Positions 37,701-48,400 of a stretch of DNA of 50,828 bases are shown piece by piece. Numbering within the stretch: the first letter of the stretch is position 1; each line of letters begins with the position of its first letter. Source of the DNA: Candidatus Zixiibacteriota bacterium (GTDB lineage Bacteria; Zixibacteria; MSB-5A5; GN15; FEB-12); the NCBI GenBank assembly GCA_030591625.1, contig JAUVAR010000001.1, positions 1 through 50,828 on the forward strand, read 5' to 3'. A model generated the notes under the pieces. That model was not told the origin of the DNA. It ran no database searches and saw only the letters and a list, made by a program, of their open reading frames with translations. The position numbers and the translations under genes are program-made.

Positions 37701-39434
37701 CGAATCAACAAATGTTGCACCAACCGGCAGATTCAATGCAGACAGAACAGGTGCTGTACCATCACCATCAGAACCATTGATCAGGAAAGTGAGAATTACA
37801 TTTTCTGTCCCAACCTGTGCAACAGGTAATGCAAGTACCGGAGCCTGGTTAGTTTCATTAACTGTAATTTGTACAACCTGTGAGTCAACGGCTAAAGAGG
37901 CATCGAGAGCTTTAAACGTTACATTATAGACACCCGACTGAGTTAGATCAGGGTTGAATGTAAATGTTCCGCTACCATCAGTGTTGTCAACAAATGTAGC
38001 GTTGGCTGGAGCATTAACAACAGATAGAGTTGGAATTTCACCATCTGCATCGGTTGCCAGAACGGTCAGAACCAACGAACCACCTTCGACCATCGTCGTG
38101 TTATTCATTGCAGCAACTACAGGAGCCTGGTTGCCAGCTTCATTTATTGTAATGACGACTGCTTCTGAATCAACCAACAAGTTGTTTATCGCATCAGTAG
38201 CGTAGAACATAATATTGTACACGCCACCAGAAGTGAAGTCAGTCTGCCAATTGAATGTTCCGGTGCCGTCAAGATTGTCAACGTATGTTGCACCGGAAGG
38301 AAGGGCAGATGCACTCAACAAGGGGGTATCGCCATCAACGTCAGACGCCGAAGTACCAAAGGTAAGCAGATCATTTTCTAAAGCGCTTTGCGCTCCGATA
38401 GCTGCAAGAACCGGTTGAGTATTAGCATCGTAATTATATGCGCCGATCAAAGTGTTGGAGCTAAGAGCGGACGACAAATTTGAAATAACTATGTCAGCCG
38501 GGCCGATTGGACCCGGAGGAGTTGTGGCTGTAATTTGATATGGAGAAATGACTGTGGCGGAAACCGGGACGGCTGCGCCAAACTGAACAGAAACACCATT
38601 CGGATCGAAATCGTTGCCTGAAATCGAAACAGTTGTTCCACCTACGGCTGGGCCATTGGACGGACTAATGGAAGTAATAGTCGGTGCCTGTGAACCAGCA
38701 GAACTAATGGAGACTACTGTTGAATGAGATGAATAATTACCTGATGCATCTTCTGCAATCAGGACATAATCGTATAAGCTGATACCATCAACTGTGTTAT
38801 CAACAAAGAAGCTGTCAACCAAACCTGCATCCAAAAGATCGCCGGCAGGATTATCAACACGGAAAAACGATCCGGTTGAGCCTGAGTTGCGTCTGTAGAG
38901 ATGGTATGTTAAACCGGCTACACCATTCCATTCAACAAGGATAGTTGATCCGGAAAGAGCCGAACCAGCAAGACCAGTTGGAGCAGATGGCAAAGCAGCT
39001 ATAGCCAAAGCAATATTTTCCTGTTGGAATGAATTGCTCGGGATACTGCTTTCCAAATGATACGCTTCACCATTAACCAAATTGATGAAATAGTAATCGT
39101 ATGGATTACCTGGCGCTTCGGTTAAGTAATTTTGGAAATCATCAAACCAGTTACCGGCATCATATCCAGCTCCTGCCGATGTTTCGATTCGGATTTCTTC
39201 GTCGGTATCATCCAGGAAACCAACAAAGCTTATCTCACCATTCGCCGGTGTTGTCAGATCCGAATTGCTTACTGTCCCAAAGATTGAACCCTGGGCAAAA
39301 GCGGAGGACGACAACAACAGCGTCACTAACAGGGCAAGTACAGGCAACGTACTTACCGATGTTCTTTTTGTATTATACCGCACAGCGGTACCTCCATATA
39401 TGTTACAACCAACATTTCTCATATTCACTAACAC
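34719..39434 (-). CDS. Large secreted repeat protein: FN3-like, IPT/TIG, ~12 cadherin/He_PIG-like repeats and a C-terminal dockerin-like module
   Basis: Signal peptide (..LPVLALLVTLLLSSSAFAQ). IPT/TIG-like segment APTITSISPSNGPAVGGTTVSISGNDF... About 12 repeats of ~93-105 aa share the pattern P.L..IG.Q...EG..L.F...A.D.DG..P.LS...LP..A.F.DN.DG.G.F...P...Q.G.Y.V.F.A.D. A GGGAG Shine-Dalgarno overlaps the stop codon of the upstream giant ORF. The start is one of GTG 39434, GTG 39428 or ATG 39422. Confidence 0.85.
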   Translation of the reverse strand: MLVNMRNVGCNIYGGTAVRYNTKRTSVSTLPVLALLVTLLLSSSAFAQGSIFGTVSNSDLTTPANGEISFVGFLDDTDEEIRIETSAGAGYDAGNWFDDFQNYLTEAPGNPYDYYFINLVNGEAYHLESSIPSNSFQQENIALAIAALPSAPTGLAGSALSGSTILVEWNGVAGLTYHLYRRNSGSTGSFFRVDNPAGDLLDAGLVDSFFVDNTVDGISLYDYVLIAEDASGNYSSHSTVVSISSAGSQAPTITSISPSNGPAVGGTTVSISGNDFDPNGVSVQFGAAVPVSATVISPYQITATTPPGPIGPADIVISNLSSALSSNTLIGAYNYDANTQPVLAAIGAQSALENDLLTFGTSASDVDGDTPLLSASALPSGATYVDNLDGTGTFNWQTDFTSGGVYNIMFYATDAINNLLVDSEAVVITINEAGNQAPVVAAMNNTTMVEGGSLVLTVLATDADGEIPTLSVVNAPANATFVDNTDGSGTFTFNPDLTQSGVYNVTFKALDASLAVDSQVVQITVNETNQAPVLALPVAQVGTENVILTFLINGSDGDGTAPVLSALNLPVGATFVDSLNGVGLVSWTPDFTQAGIYDISFYATDGIETDSGIVNVTIAEAGNQTPVLAAIGAQTTNEGANLAFAVSASDVDGTIPALSAVNLPLNATFIDNLDGTGSFDFSPAFDQAGLITVTFIASDGTLADSEFVDITVNESGNQAPIFVIQNDTTVNEGDVLAITITANDPDGGAFFPILSVNTSLQNYTFLDNGDGTASFSYSPDFIDAGIDTVNFFATDFGTPQQTGNTSFVITTTDVNQAPLWTVAGPFGIAVGDTLSFTIIVSDSTDPNLTNSIFLSVLTAIPNASFVDNGDGTGTYTFVPDATQAGINTVSFLAVDQGLPQLSSTIDIEISVVTTNIRPVLAPIGAQTVTEGDLLILNVSATDADGAIPTLSGSGLPENSTFVDNGDGSGVFTFFPNFVQSGLHSVTVKASDGFSTAKEVVLVQVYEAGDQAPVFGALPATTMVEGDTLEFVVTASDPDEGSITLNVVGASMPAFVSFTDESDGVGRFIAEPFFLDAGVYAIDLIASDGILADTITITLDVADAGNQLPVLAALTDQQGIELKSISFNIYTQDIDGTEPPLITGALLPTGATVTDNRDGTGLFSWIPTDLQEGSYDILILAEDFDVPTVMDTEFVSIIVIDSNRAPRIVTMGPASVFEGDTLVYVVFADDPDGTIPAIGARIDGETSLTEPNMVMVDSGNGIGVLTFYPDYSQGGTSSSFYYIRFFATDAADPGLVKDATAPVQITVNDRNAPPEFVFINGEGPFTVTEGDNVTFQIGATDFDGSSAPMLSMTGSPANATFSTTPGFGTFRFSPDFTQAGTYNILFIATDDRGLSISQSIQVDVIEAGNQAPYFSNTINDTINIAVNALSQILVRSIEPDLDLITLTATPMWSQLFAGFVDSGNGSGVYSVTPDNTYLDSMYAIEFIATDPFGLADTVSTVLRVVSFLRGDLDNNKKYTMNDLAWLIGYLFRGGEAPAIPESADVDKDNDINIGDVTYMIRFLYNSGPQPPQ
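34722..34916 (-). other. Dockerin-like duplicated Ca-binding (F-hand) module at the C-terminus of the 1,571-aa protein
   Basis: Two segments, GDLDNNKKYTMNDLAWLIGYLF and ADVDKDNDINIGDVTYMIRFLY. Both fit the dockerin pattern D.(D/N).(D/N)..(I/V)...D...(L/M)..(Y/F)(L/I). Confidence 0.65.
34917..38423 (-). repeat. Array of ~12 diverged coding repeats (~280-315 bp each) in the 1,571-aa gene
   Basis: Repeat boundaries are visible in translation as recurring ..(I/V)TVNE(A/S/T)GNQ(A/T)P(V/I).. junctions. Confidence 0.8.
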
Positions 39435-39441
39435 TCACTCC

Positions 39442-42400
39442 CTAAGGGGCAGGAAACGTTCCTGCAGCAGCAACATTAGCCTGATAAGGCTTGCCTGCAC
39501 GGACTGTGAAGTTAGTGCCAAATCCAGCCGCAAAACGCGAGATGTAGCTCTGCGAGCCGGATATGAATTGATTTAGTGTATTCAAATTGCCCGGGATTGA
39601 GTTTATCAAATCCTGTGCAACTGTAAAGTCATTTTCAAATTCAAACGGAACCATGATAAAGTTGAAATCAGTAGTTGCCGTTGTTACCATCGAGTAGCTA
39701 ACTGTTCCCGAGTCCGGAATATTACCGGCAGTCGAGAAGACTGCATTAGTTGCTGCATTAACTTGATATACAGTGCCAACATTCACCGAGAAGTTAACAC
39801 CAAATCCTGCTGCAAAGCGCGATTCGAATGACTGCGAAGCTGCGATGAAATTGTTCACCGTCAAAACGTTTGATCCACCAATTGCATTGATGAGTCCAAT
39901 GGCATCGGTTATTCCGCTATTTGTAAACGGAATGCCTACCAGATTGAAGTTTGTCGTTGCAGTCGCGACCAATTGGTAATCATATTCGCCGACTCGATTT
40001 GAGATCGCCGACCGATTACCGTAAATATCTACTACATCGACAGTATAGAAGTACTGATTAACTGTATCGCCGACAACATCCGCTCCACCAATATTATTAT
40101 CGGTGAAGATCGATGTAATGCCGTCCGAATATCCGACAGAATCTATAGAGCTCGGCGTAAAGTAAGCACTGGTACCACGATAGATCGTGTAATGATCTAC
40201 TGTGATAGCAAAGCCTGAGGTGTCCGAAGAAACTGTGCTCCAGGCGAGATCAATTACATCGGCAACTATTTGGATTGTCAAATCAGTAACTGCCAATGGT
40301 GGAGCACCGTTGACGACATTTATAAGAACTGTATCAGGGGCCGAGAATAGGGAGCCATCATCTACAGTAAGTTCAAATTCATAGTTACCCGGAATACCAG
40401 GAACAAAATCAGGAGTCTGAGAAAGCGTGTCAGAAAGTGTCACTGCTACTCCGGAGACCTGCTGCCAATGATATCCAAGAAGGTCGCCGTCAGGATCGGA
40501 AGATCCGAAACCATCCAAGAAGACCGGGCTGTTGGTTGGAACTGTATTCTGATCAAAACCTGCATCGGCAAGCGGTGAACGATTAACATCGTTAACAGTA
40601 ATTACAACAACCTCTGAATCGGCAAGAGCACCGTCATCGGCAATGAAGGTAACATTGTATATACCTGCATCGGTGTACGATGGTGTCCAGTCAAATGATC
40701 CGGTGCCGTCAAAGTTATCTATGAACGTTGCGCCGACAGGAAGATCAACAACCAGTAGAGTAGGGATCGTAGCATCGATATCTGTTGCAGAGATTGTAAA
40801 GTAAAGGTTCAATGTTTCGTTCGTAACCTGCGAGCCAATTGCTGCAAGAATCGGTATCTGGTTGCCCGCTTCATTAACTGTAATCGTTACTATTTCTGTA
40901 TCCGATAATCCACCGTCATCCGCGATAAACGTTACGTTGTAGATACCACCATCGGTGAACAACGGAGTCCAATCAAATGATCCGGTACCGTCTAAGTTAT
41001 CTGTGAACGTCGCGCCAGTTGGCATATTAAGGGCTGACAATGCAGGGATTGTTGCATCAACATCTGTAGCAGAAATTGTGAAGTTAAGATTTATATTTTC
41101 AGCTGTAGCCTGAGCACCAATTGAAGCAAGAACAGGAATTTGGTTGCCTGCTTCATTAACAGTTATTACAACAACTTCAGAATCAGCAAGGGCGCCGTCA
41201 TCGGCAATAAATGTAACGTTGTAAATGCCTGCTTCAATAAACGTCGGTGTCCAGTTGAACGATCCAGTGCCATCACCATTGTCAGTAAACGTTGCACCAG
41301 TTGGTACGTTAAGCGCAATCATCGTAGGAATAGTAGCGTCAATGTCTGTTGCTGAGATAGCAAAGTTAAGATTTATATTTTCAGTCGTTGACTGCGCACC
41401 AATTGAAGCGAGAACAGGAATCTGGTTACCTGCTTCATTGACTGTGATCACAACAAGTTCAGTATCGGCAAGTGCGCCATCATCGGCGATGAATGTAAGA
41501 TTGTAAACACCTGCTTGAATATACGTTGGTGTCCAGTCGAACGATCCAGTTCCGTTTAAGTTATCAGTAAATGTTGCTCCAGTCGGAAGACCAGTAGCAG
41601 AGAGTGCAGGTATTGTTGCATCAACGTCTGTTGCTGAGATAGCAAAGTTCAGATTTATATTTTCAGTCGTTGACTGTGCACCTATTGTAGCAAGAACTGG
41701 AATTTGGTTGCCTGCTTCAATTACTGTGATCACAACAAGTTCAGTATCAGCAAGTCCGCCATCATCGGCGATGAACGTTACATTATAAACACCAACTTCG
41801 ATAAACGAAGGGGTCCAGTCGAATGATCCGGTGCCGTCTGAATTATCTATAAATGTTGCTCCTGCCGGAACGTTAAGAGCCGACAATGCAGGGATTGTTG
41901 CATCAACATCTGATGCTGAGATAGCAAAGTTTAGATTGACGTTTTCAGTCGTTGACTGCGCACCAATTGTCGCAAGGACAGGAGCCTGGTTACCAGCTTC
42001 ATTAACTGTAATTACAACAAGTTCGCTGTCGGCAAGTGCGCCATCATCGGCGATGAACGTTACGTTGTAGATACCACCATCAGTAAACAAAGGTGTCCAG
42101 TCGAATGTTCCGGTACCGTCTAAGTTATCGGTGAACGTAGCACCTGTTGGTACGTTAAGCGCAATCATCGTAGGAATAGTAGCGTCAATATCTGTTGCTG
42201 AGATAGCAAAACTGAGATTAACATTTTCAGTAGTTGACTGAGCACCAATTGAAGCGAGAACAGGAATCTGGTTACCGGCTTCATTGACTGTGATTACAAC
42301 AATTTCTGAATCGGCAAGGACGCCATCATCGGCGATGAATGTAACGTTGAACACACCTGCTTGAATATACGTTGGTGTCCAGTCGAACGATCCGGAGCCG

Positions 42401-45400
42401 TCACCATTATCGGTGAACGTTGCACCTGTTGGGATGTTTAGAGCTGACAATGCCGGAATCGTTGCATCAACATCTGATGCTGAGATTCCGAAGTTAAGAT
42501 TTATATTTTCAGTCGTTGCCTGTGCACCTATTGTTGCAAGAACTGGAATTTGGTTACCTGCTTCAATTACTGTGATCGCTACTATTTCAGTATCAGCAAG
42601 TCCGCCATCATCGGCGATGAACGTTACATTATAAACACCAACTTCGATAAACGAAGGGGTCCAGTCAAACGATCCGGTGCCGTCTGAATTATCTATAAAC
42701 GTTGCTCCTGCCGGAATGTTCAGAGCCGACAATACCGGAATCGTTGCATCAACATCTGTTGCCGATATCGCAAAGTTAAGATTTATATTTTCTGTCGTTG
42801 CCTGTGCACCAATTGTTGCAAGCAGAGGAGTCTGGTTGCCTGCTTCATTGACAGTAACAACAACCTGCTCCGAATCAACGGCCGACGAATCATCGGTTGC
42901 ATAAAACGTAATATTGTAAATACCAGCCTGTACATAGCTTGGATTAAAATCAAATGTTGCAGTGCCATCACTATTGTCAACGAACGAAGCATTGGTCGGC
43001 AGAGTCGAAGTTGACATCGTAATCAGGCCAACTTCTGCGTCAGTTGCAGAAACTGCGAAGTTCAAGTTAGCACCTTCAGTCACAGCCTGGGCACCAATGC
43101 CTGCGAGCAACGGGTTCTGGTTGCCGGCATCAACGATTGTAATTGTAACTATTTCAGAATCAACAAAGATCCCGTCAGAAGCTCGGAAGGTGACATTATA
43201 AATACCCGACTGCAAGTAACCAGGAGTCCAATTAAATGATCCGGTGCCATCGCCGTTCGCCGTGAAAGTTGCACCTGAAGGAAGCGCTGTCCAACTAAGT
43301 ACAGGAACTGTGCTGTCAGGATCAGTTGCACTCACTACAAAATTGAGTGTTGTTGCTTCACCAGTTGATTGAGCACCAATCGCCGCAAGGATCGGAGACT
43401 GGTTACCCGCTTCACCAACAACTATCGAGATAGCTTCTGAATCAAATGCACCACTATCATCGGTGGCAAAGAATGTAACACTATAAAGTCCGCTCTGAGT
43501 AAAGTCCGGTGTCCAATCAAAGGTCGCAGTGCCGTCACCATTATCTGTTAGCGTTGCGCCTGTTGGAAGACCGGTCGCAGTCATAATCGAGAATGTCTGA
43601 TCGAGATCGCTTGAGCTGGCGACAAAGTTTAGATTGGTGTTTTCCGAAATATTTTTAGCACCTATCGCTGCAAGTACAGGTGTCTGGTTACCGATATCAA
43701 TAACTGTGATTGTAACAATTTCACTGTCAGAAAGAACTCCATCGTCGGCGATGAACGTTACATTATATATACCTGCATCAACATAACCCGGCGTGTAATC
43801 AAAGGTAGCGGTGCCATCACCATTGTCTGTTAATGTTGCACCTGTTGGAATGTTAAGAGCAGACAGAGCAGGAATTGTTGCATCAACATCTGATGCTGAT
43901 ATTACAAAGTTAAGATTGACAGTTTCAGTCGTTGACTGTGCACCTATTGATGCAAGCAGAGGAATTTGGTTGCCGGCTTCGTTAACAGTTATGACAACAA
44001 GTTCACTATCTGCAAGACCGCCATCATCAGCGATAAACGTAACATTATAAATGCCTGCTTCAATGAAGGTCGGAGTCCAGCTGAATGATCCGGTGCCGTC
44101 TCCATTGTCGGTAAACGTTGCGCCTGTTGGAAGATTTAAAGTTGATAGCGCAGGGATTGTTGCATCATCATCCGAGGCCGAAATTGCAAAACTTAGATTT
44201 ATATTTTCAGTTGTTGTCTGTGCACCAATCGATGCAAGCAGAGGAATCTGGTTGCCTGCTTCGTTAACAGTTATTACAACGAGCTCACTATCGGCAAGTG
44301 CTCCGTCGTCGGCAATAAACGTAACGTTGTATATACCTGCTTCAATAAACGTCGGTGTCCAACTGAATGATCCAGTACCGTCTAAATTATCTGTGAACGT
44401 TGCGCCAACTGGAAGTCCTACAACCAATAGAGCAGGAATCGTTGCGTCAACGTCTGAGGCCGAGATGGAAAAGTTAAGATTCAGATTTTCAGTTGTTGCT
44501 TGTGCACCAATTGAAGCGAGAACAGGAATCTGACTGCCTGCTTCATTAACAGTTATTACAACAAGTTCGCTATCGGCAAGACCGCCATCATCAGCGATGA
44601 ATGTAACATTATAAACACCAGCTTCAACGAACGAAGGGGTCCAACTAAATAATCCAGTTCCGTCTCCATTGTCAGTAAACGTTGCGCCAGTCGGAAGTCC
44701 TACTGTTGACAGCCCTGGAATCGTTGCATCTATATCTGTTGCTGAGATAGAAAAACTGAGATTTATATTTTCTGTAGTTGTCTGTGCACCAATCGCTGCC
44801 AGAACAGGAATCTGGTTACCTGCTTCGTTAACCGTTACCACAACGATTTCACTATCAGCAAGAAGACCGTCATCAGCTATAAATGTAACGTTATAAATAC
44901 CTGCTTCAACGAACGACGGTGTCCAACTGAATGATCCGGTGCCGTCACCATTGTCAGTAAACGTTGCGCCAGTCGGAAGATTAACAGACGAAAGGACTGG
45001 AATCGTTGCATCAAGATCAGAAGCTGAGATAACAAAGTTAAGATTTATATTTTCCGTTGTTGACTGCGCTCCGATAGCTGCAAGAACAGGATTCTGATTT
45101 CCTGATTCGTTCACCGTTAGTGTGACTTCTTCAGAATCAACCGCCAAAGAATCATCGGTTGCATAGAACGTAATATTGTAAACACCATTTTGAGTAAAGT
45201 CAGGACTGATATCGAAAATTCCGGTACCGTTACCATTGTCAATAAACGATGCGTTGGCCGGCAATGACGATGTTGTCAAAACAACCTGACCACCCTCGGC
45301 ATCAACAGCAGATATCCCAATATTCAGATTGCTGCCTTCGTTCACAAGCTGAGCGCCTATTGTTGCAAGGACTGGATTTTGGTTGCCTGCATCATTGACA

Positions 45401-48400
45401 GTAACTGTCACAATTTCTGATACAAAAGCGGTCGAATCGTCAGTCGCCGTGAATGTAATATTGTAAATACCCGACTGAGTAAAGTCAGGTGAGAAATCAA
45501 ATGTTCCGGTACCATCACCATTGTCAACAAATGTTGCGCCAGCCGGAAGTGCTGAAGTTGTCAGTACAATTAAACCACCTTCAATATCAGAAGATGAAAC
45601 AGCAAAGTTAAGATTTGCACCTTCGGTAACAACCTGCGCACCAATTGATGCAAGCACAGGGCTCTGGTTGCCAATTTCATTAACTGTTATTGTGACAACT
45701 TCATTGTCCGAAAGAGTACCGTCATCGGCAGTGAACGTTACATTATATATACCGGCATCAACAAAACCAGGCGTGTAATCAAAGGTAGCGGTGCCATCAC
45801 CATTGTCTGTAAATGTTGCACCTGACGGAAGACCTGTCGCCGAGAAAGCAGGAGTTGTGCCATCAACATCTGAGGCTGTTATTGTAAAGTTTAGATTTAC
45901 TGTTTCAGTTGTTGACTGTGCGCCAATCGCTGCAAGCACAGGCGCTTGGTTACCGGCTTCGTTAACAGTTATTACTACAAGTTCACTATCGGAAAGCAGG
46001 CCGTCATCTGCGATGAATGTAACGTTGTAAATGCCATCTTCAACGAACGAAGGAGTCCAGCTGAATGATCCTGTTCCGTCTAAGTTATCTGTGAACGATG
46101 CGCCTGTTGGAAGATTAACAGTCGAAAGAACTGGAATCGTTGCATCAACATCTGAGGCTGAGATCGGAAAACTAAGATTTATATTTTCTGTCGTTGACTG
46201 TGCACCAATCGCTGCAAGCACAGGTGTTTGGTTGCCAGCTTCATTAACTGTTATTACTACGAGCTCACTATCGGCAAGACCGCCATCATCAGCGATAAAC
46301 GTTACATTATAAACGCCAGCTTCAACGAACGTCGGTGTCCAGCTGAATGAGCCTGTGCCATCTAAGTTATCGGTGAACGTTGCACCAACCGGAAGTCCTA
46401 CCGTTGAAAGGGCAGGGATTGTTGCATCTATATCAGTTGCTGAGATTGCAAAGTTTAGATTGATGTTTTCAGTTGTTGCTTGTGCACCAATCGTTGCAAG
46501 GACTGGAATCTGGTTGCCTGCTTCATTAACTGTTATAACAACAACTTCACTATCTGCAAGCAGGCCATCGTCGGCAATGAATGTAACGTTATAAACGCCT
46601 GCTTCAATAAACGACGGAGTCCAGCTGAATAATCCGGTGCCGTCTCCATTGTCAGTAAACGTTGCTCCAGTCGGAAGATTAACAGTCGAAAGAACTGGAA
46701 TCGTTGCATCTATATCTGTTGCAAAAATACCAAAGCTAAGATTTATATTTTCAGTTGTTGACTGTGCGCCAATCGCTGCAAGCACAGGCGCTTGGTTACC
46801 GGCTTCGTTAACAGTTATTACTACAAGTTCACTATCTGCAAGCAGGCCGTCATCTGCTATAAATGTAACGTTGTAAACACCTGCTTCAACGAATGACGGA
46901 GTCCAGCTGAATGAACCTGTTCCATCTAAGTTGTCTGTGAACGATGCGCCAACAGGGAGTCCCACCGTTAAAAGAATTGGAATCGTTGCATCAACATCTG
47001 AGGCTGAGATGGAAAAACTTAGATTTATATTTTCAGTTGTTGACTGCGCACCGATAGCTGTAAGAACAGGAATCTGGTTTCCTGCTTCATTAACAGTTAT
47101 GACAACAAGTTCACTATCGGCAAGTCCGCCATCATCAGCAATGAATGTAACATTATAAACACCAGCTTCAATGAACGAAGGGGTCCAACTAAATAATCCT
47201 GTGCCGTCTCCATTGTCAGTAAACGACGCTCCAGATGGCATATTAAGGGCTGACAATATTGGTGTCGTTGCATCTATATCTGAGGCCGAAATTGCAAAGT
47301 TAAGATTAACATTTTCAGTTGTTGACTGTGCACCGATAGTTGCGAGTACAGGTGCCTGGTTGCCTGCTTCGTTAACTGTTATCACAACAACTTCACTATC
47401 TGCAAGCGCTCCGTCACCTGCTATAAACGTAACGATGTAAACACCAGACTGAATAAACGACGGGGTCCAATTGAATGATCCGGTTCCGTCTAAGTTATCT
47501 GTGAACGATGCACCACTCGGGAGGTCAACAATTGAAAGGGTTGGAGTCGTTGCATCTACGTCAGCAGCGGTAATCACGAAATTTAGATTAACATTTTCAG
47601 TAGTTGCCTGCGCACCTATTGATGTAAGCAAAGGTGCCTGGTTGCCTGCTTCATTAACTGTTATAACAACGAGTTCACTATCTGCAAGTGCTCCATCATC
47701 AGCAATAAACGTAACGTTGTAAACACCTGCTTCAATGAATGTCGGTGTCCAGCTGAATGAACCTGTTCCGTCTAAGTTATCGGTGAACGTTGCACCAGTT
47801 GGCAGATTAGCTGTTAATAGAGATGCTATTGTACCATCGACATCACTCGACGTAATCACAAAGCTGAGATTTATATTTTCAGTAGTTGACTGCGCACCGA
47901 TAGTTGCAAGGACAGGTGCCTGGTTGCCTGCTTCATTAACAGTAATTGCAACAAGCTCTGAGTCAGCAAGAGCACCATCACCTGTTATGAATGTAACATT
48001 ATAAGTACCAACATCGGTGAATGACGGCGTCCAATTAAAAGATCCGGTGCCATCAAAATTATCGACGAACGTGGCGCCCGAAGGAAGAGCAAGTGCGGAC
48101 AAGGTAGGAATAGTAGAATCCGGGTCTGATCCGTTAACCGTGAAAGACAACAAAGTACCCTCAGATACAAATTGCGGTCCAACCGGTGTCAGTACAGGTG
48201 CCTGATTTCCAGCTTCACTTACAGTTAGGAAAACAAGTTCAGAGTCAATTGCCACGCCGTCAGAAATATAGAACGATAAGCTGTAGATATCTGCCTGAAT
48301 GAAATTCGGATTAAAATCTAATGTACCGGTGCCATCGCCATTATCTAAGAATGTTGCATTAGCCGGAAGGGTTGAAGTAGTAAGAGTAAGAGCTGTTGAG

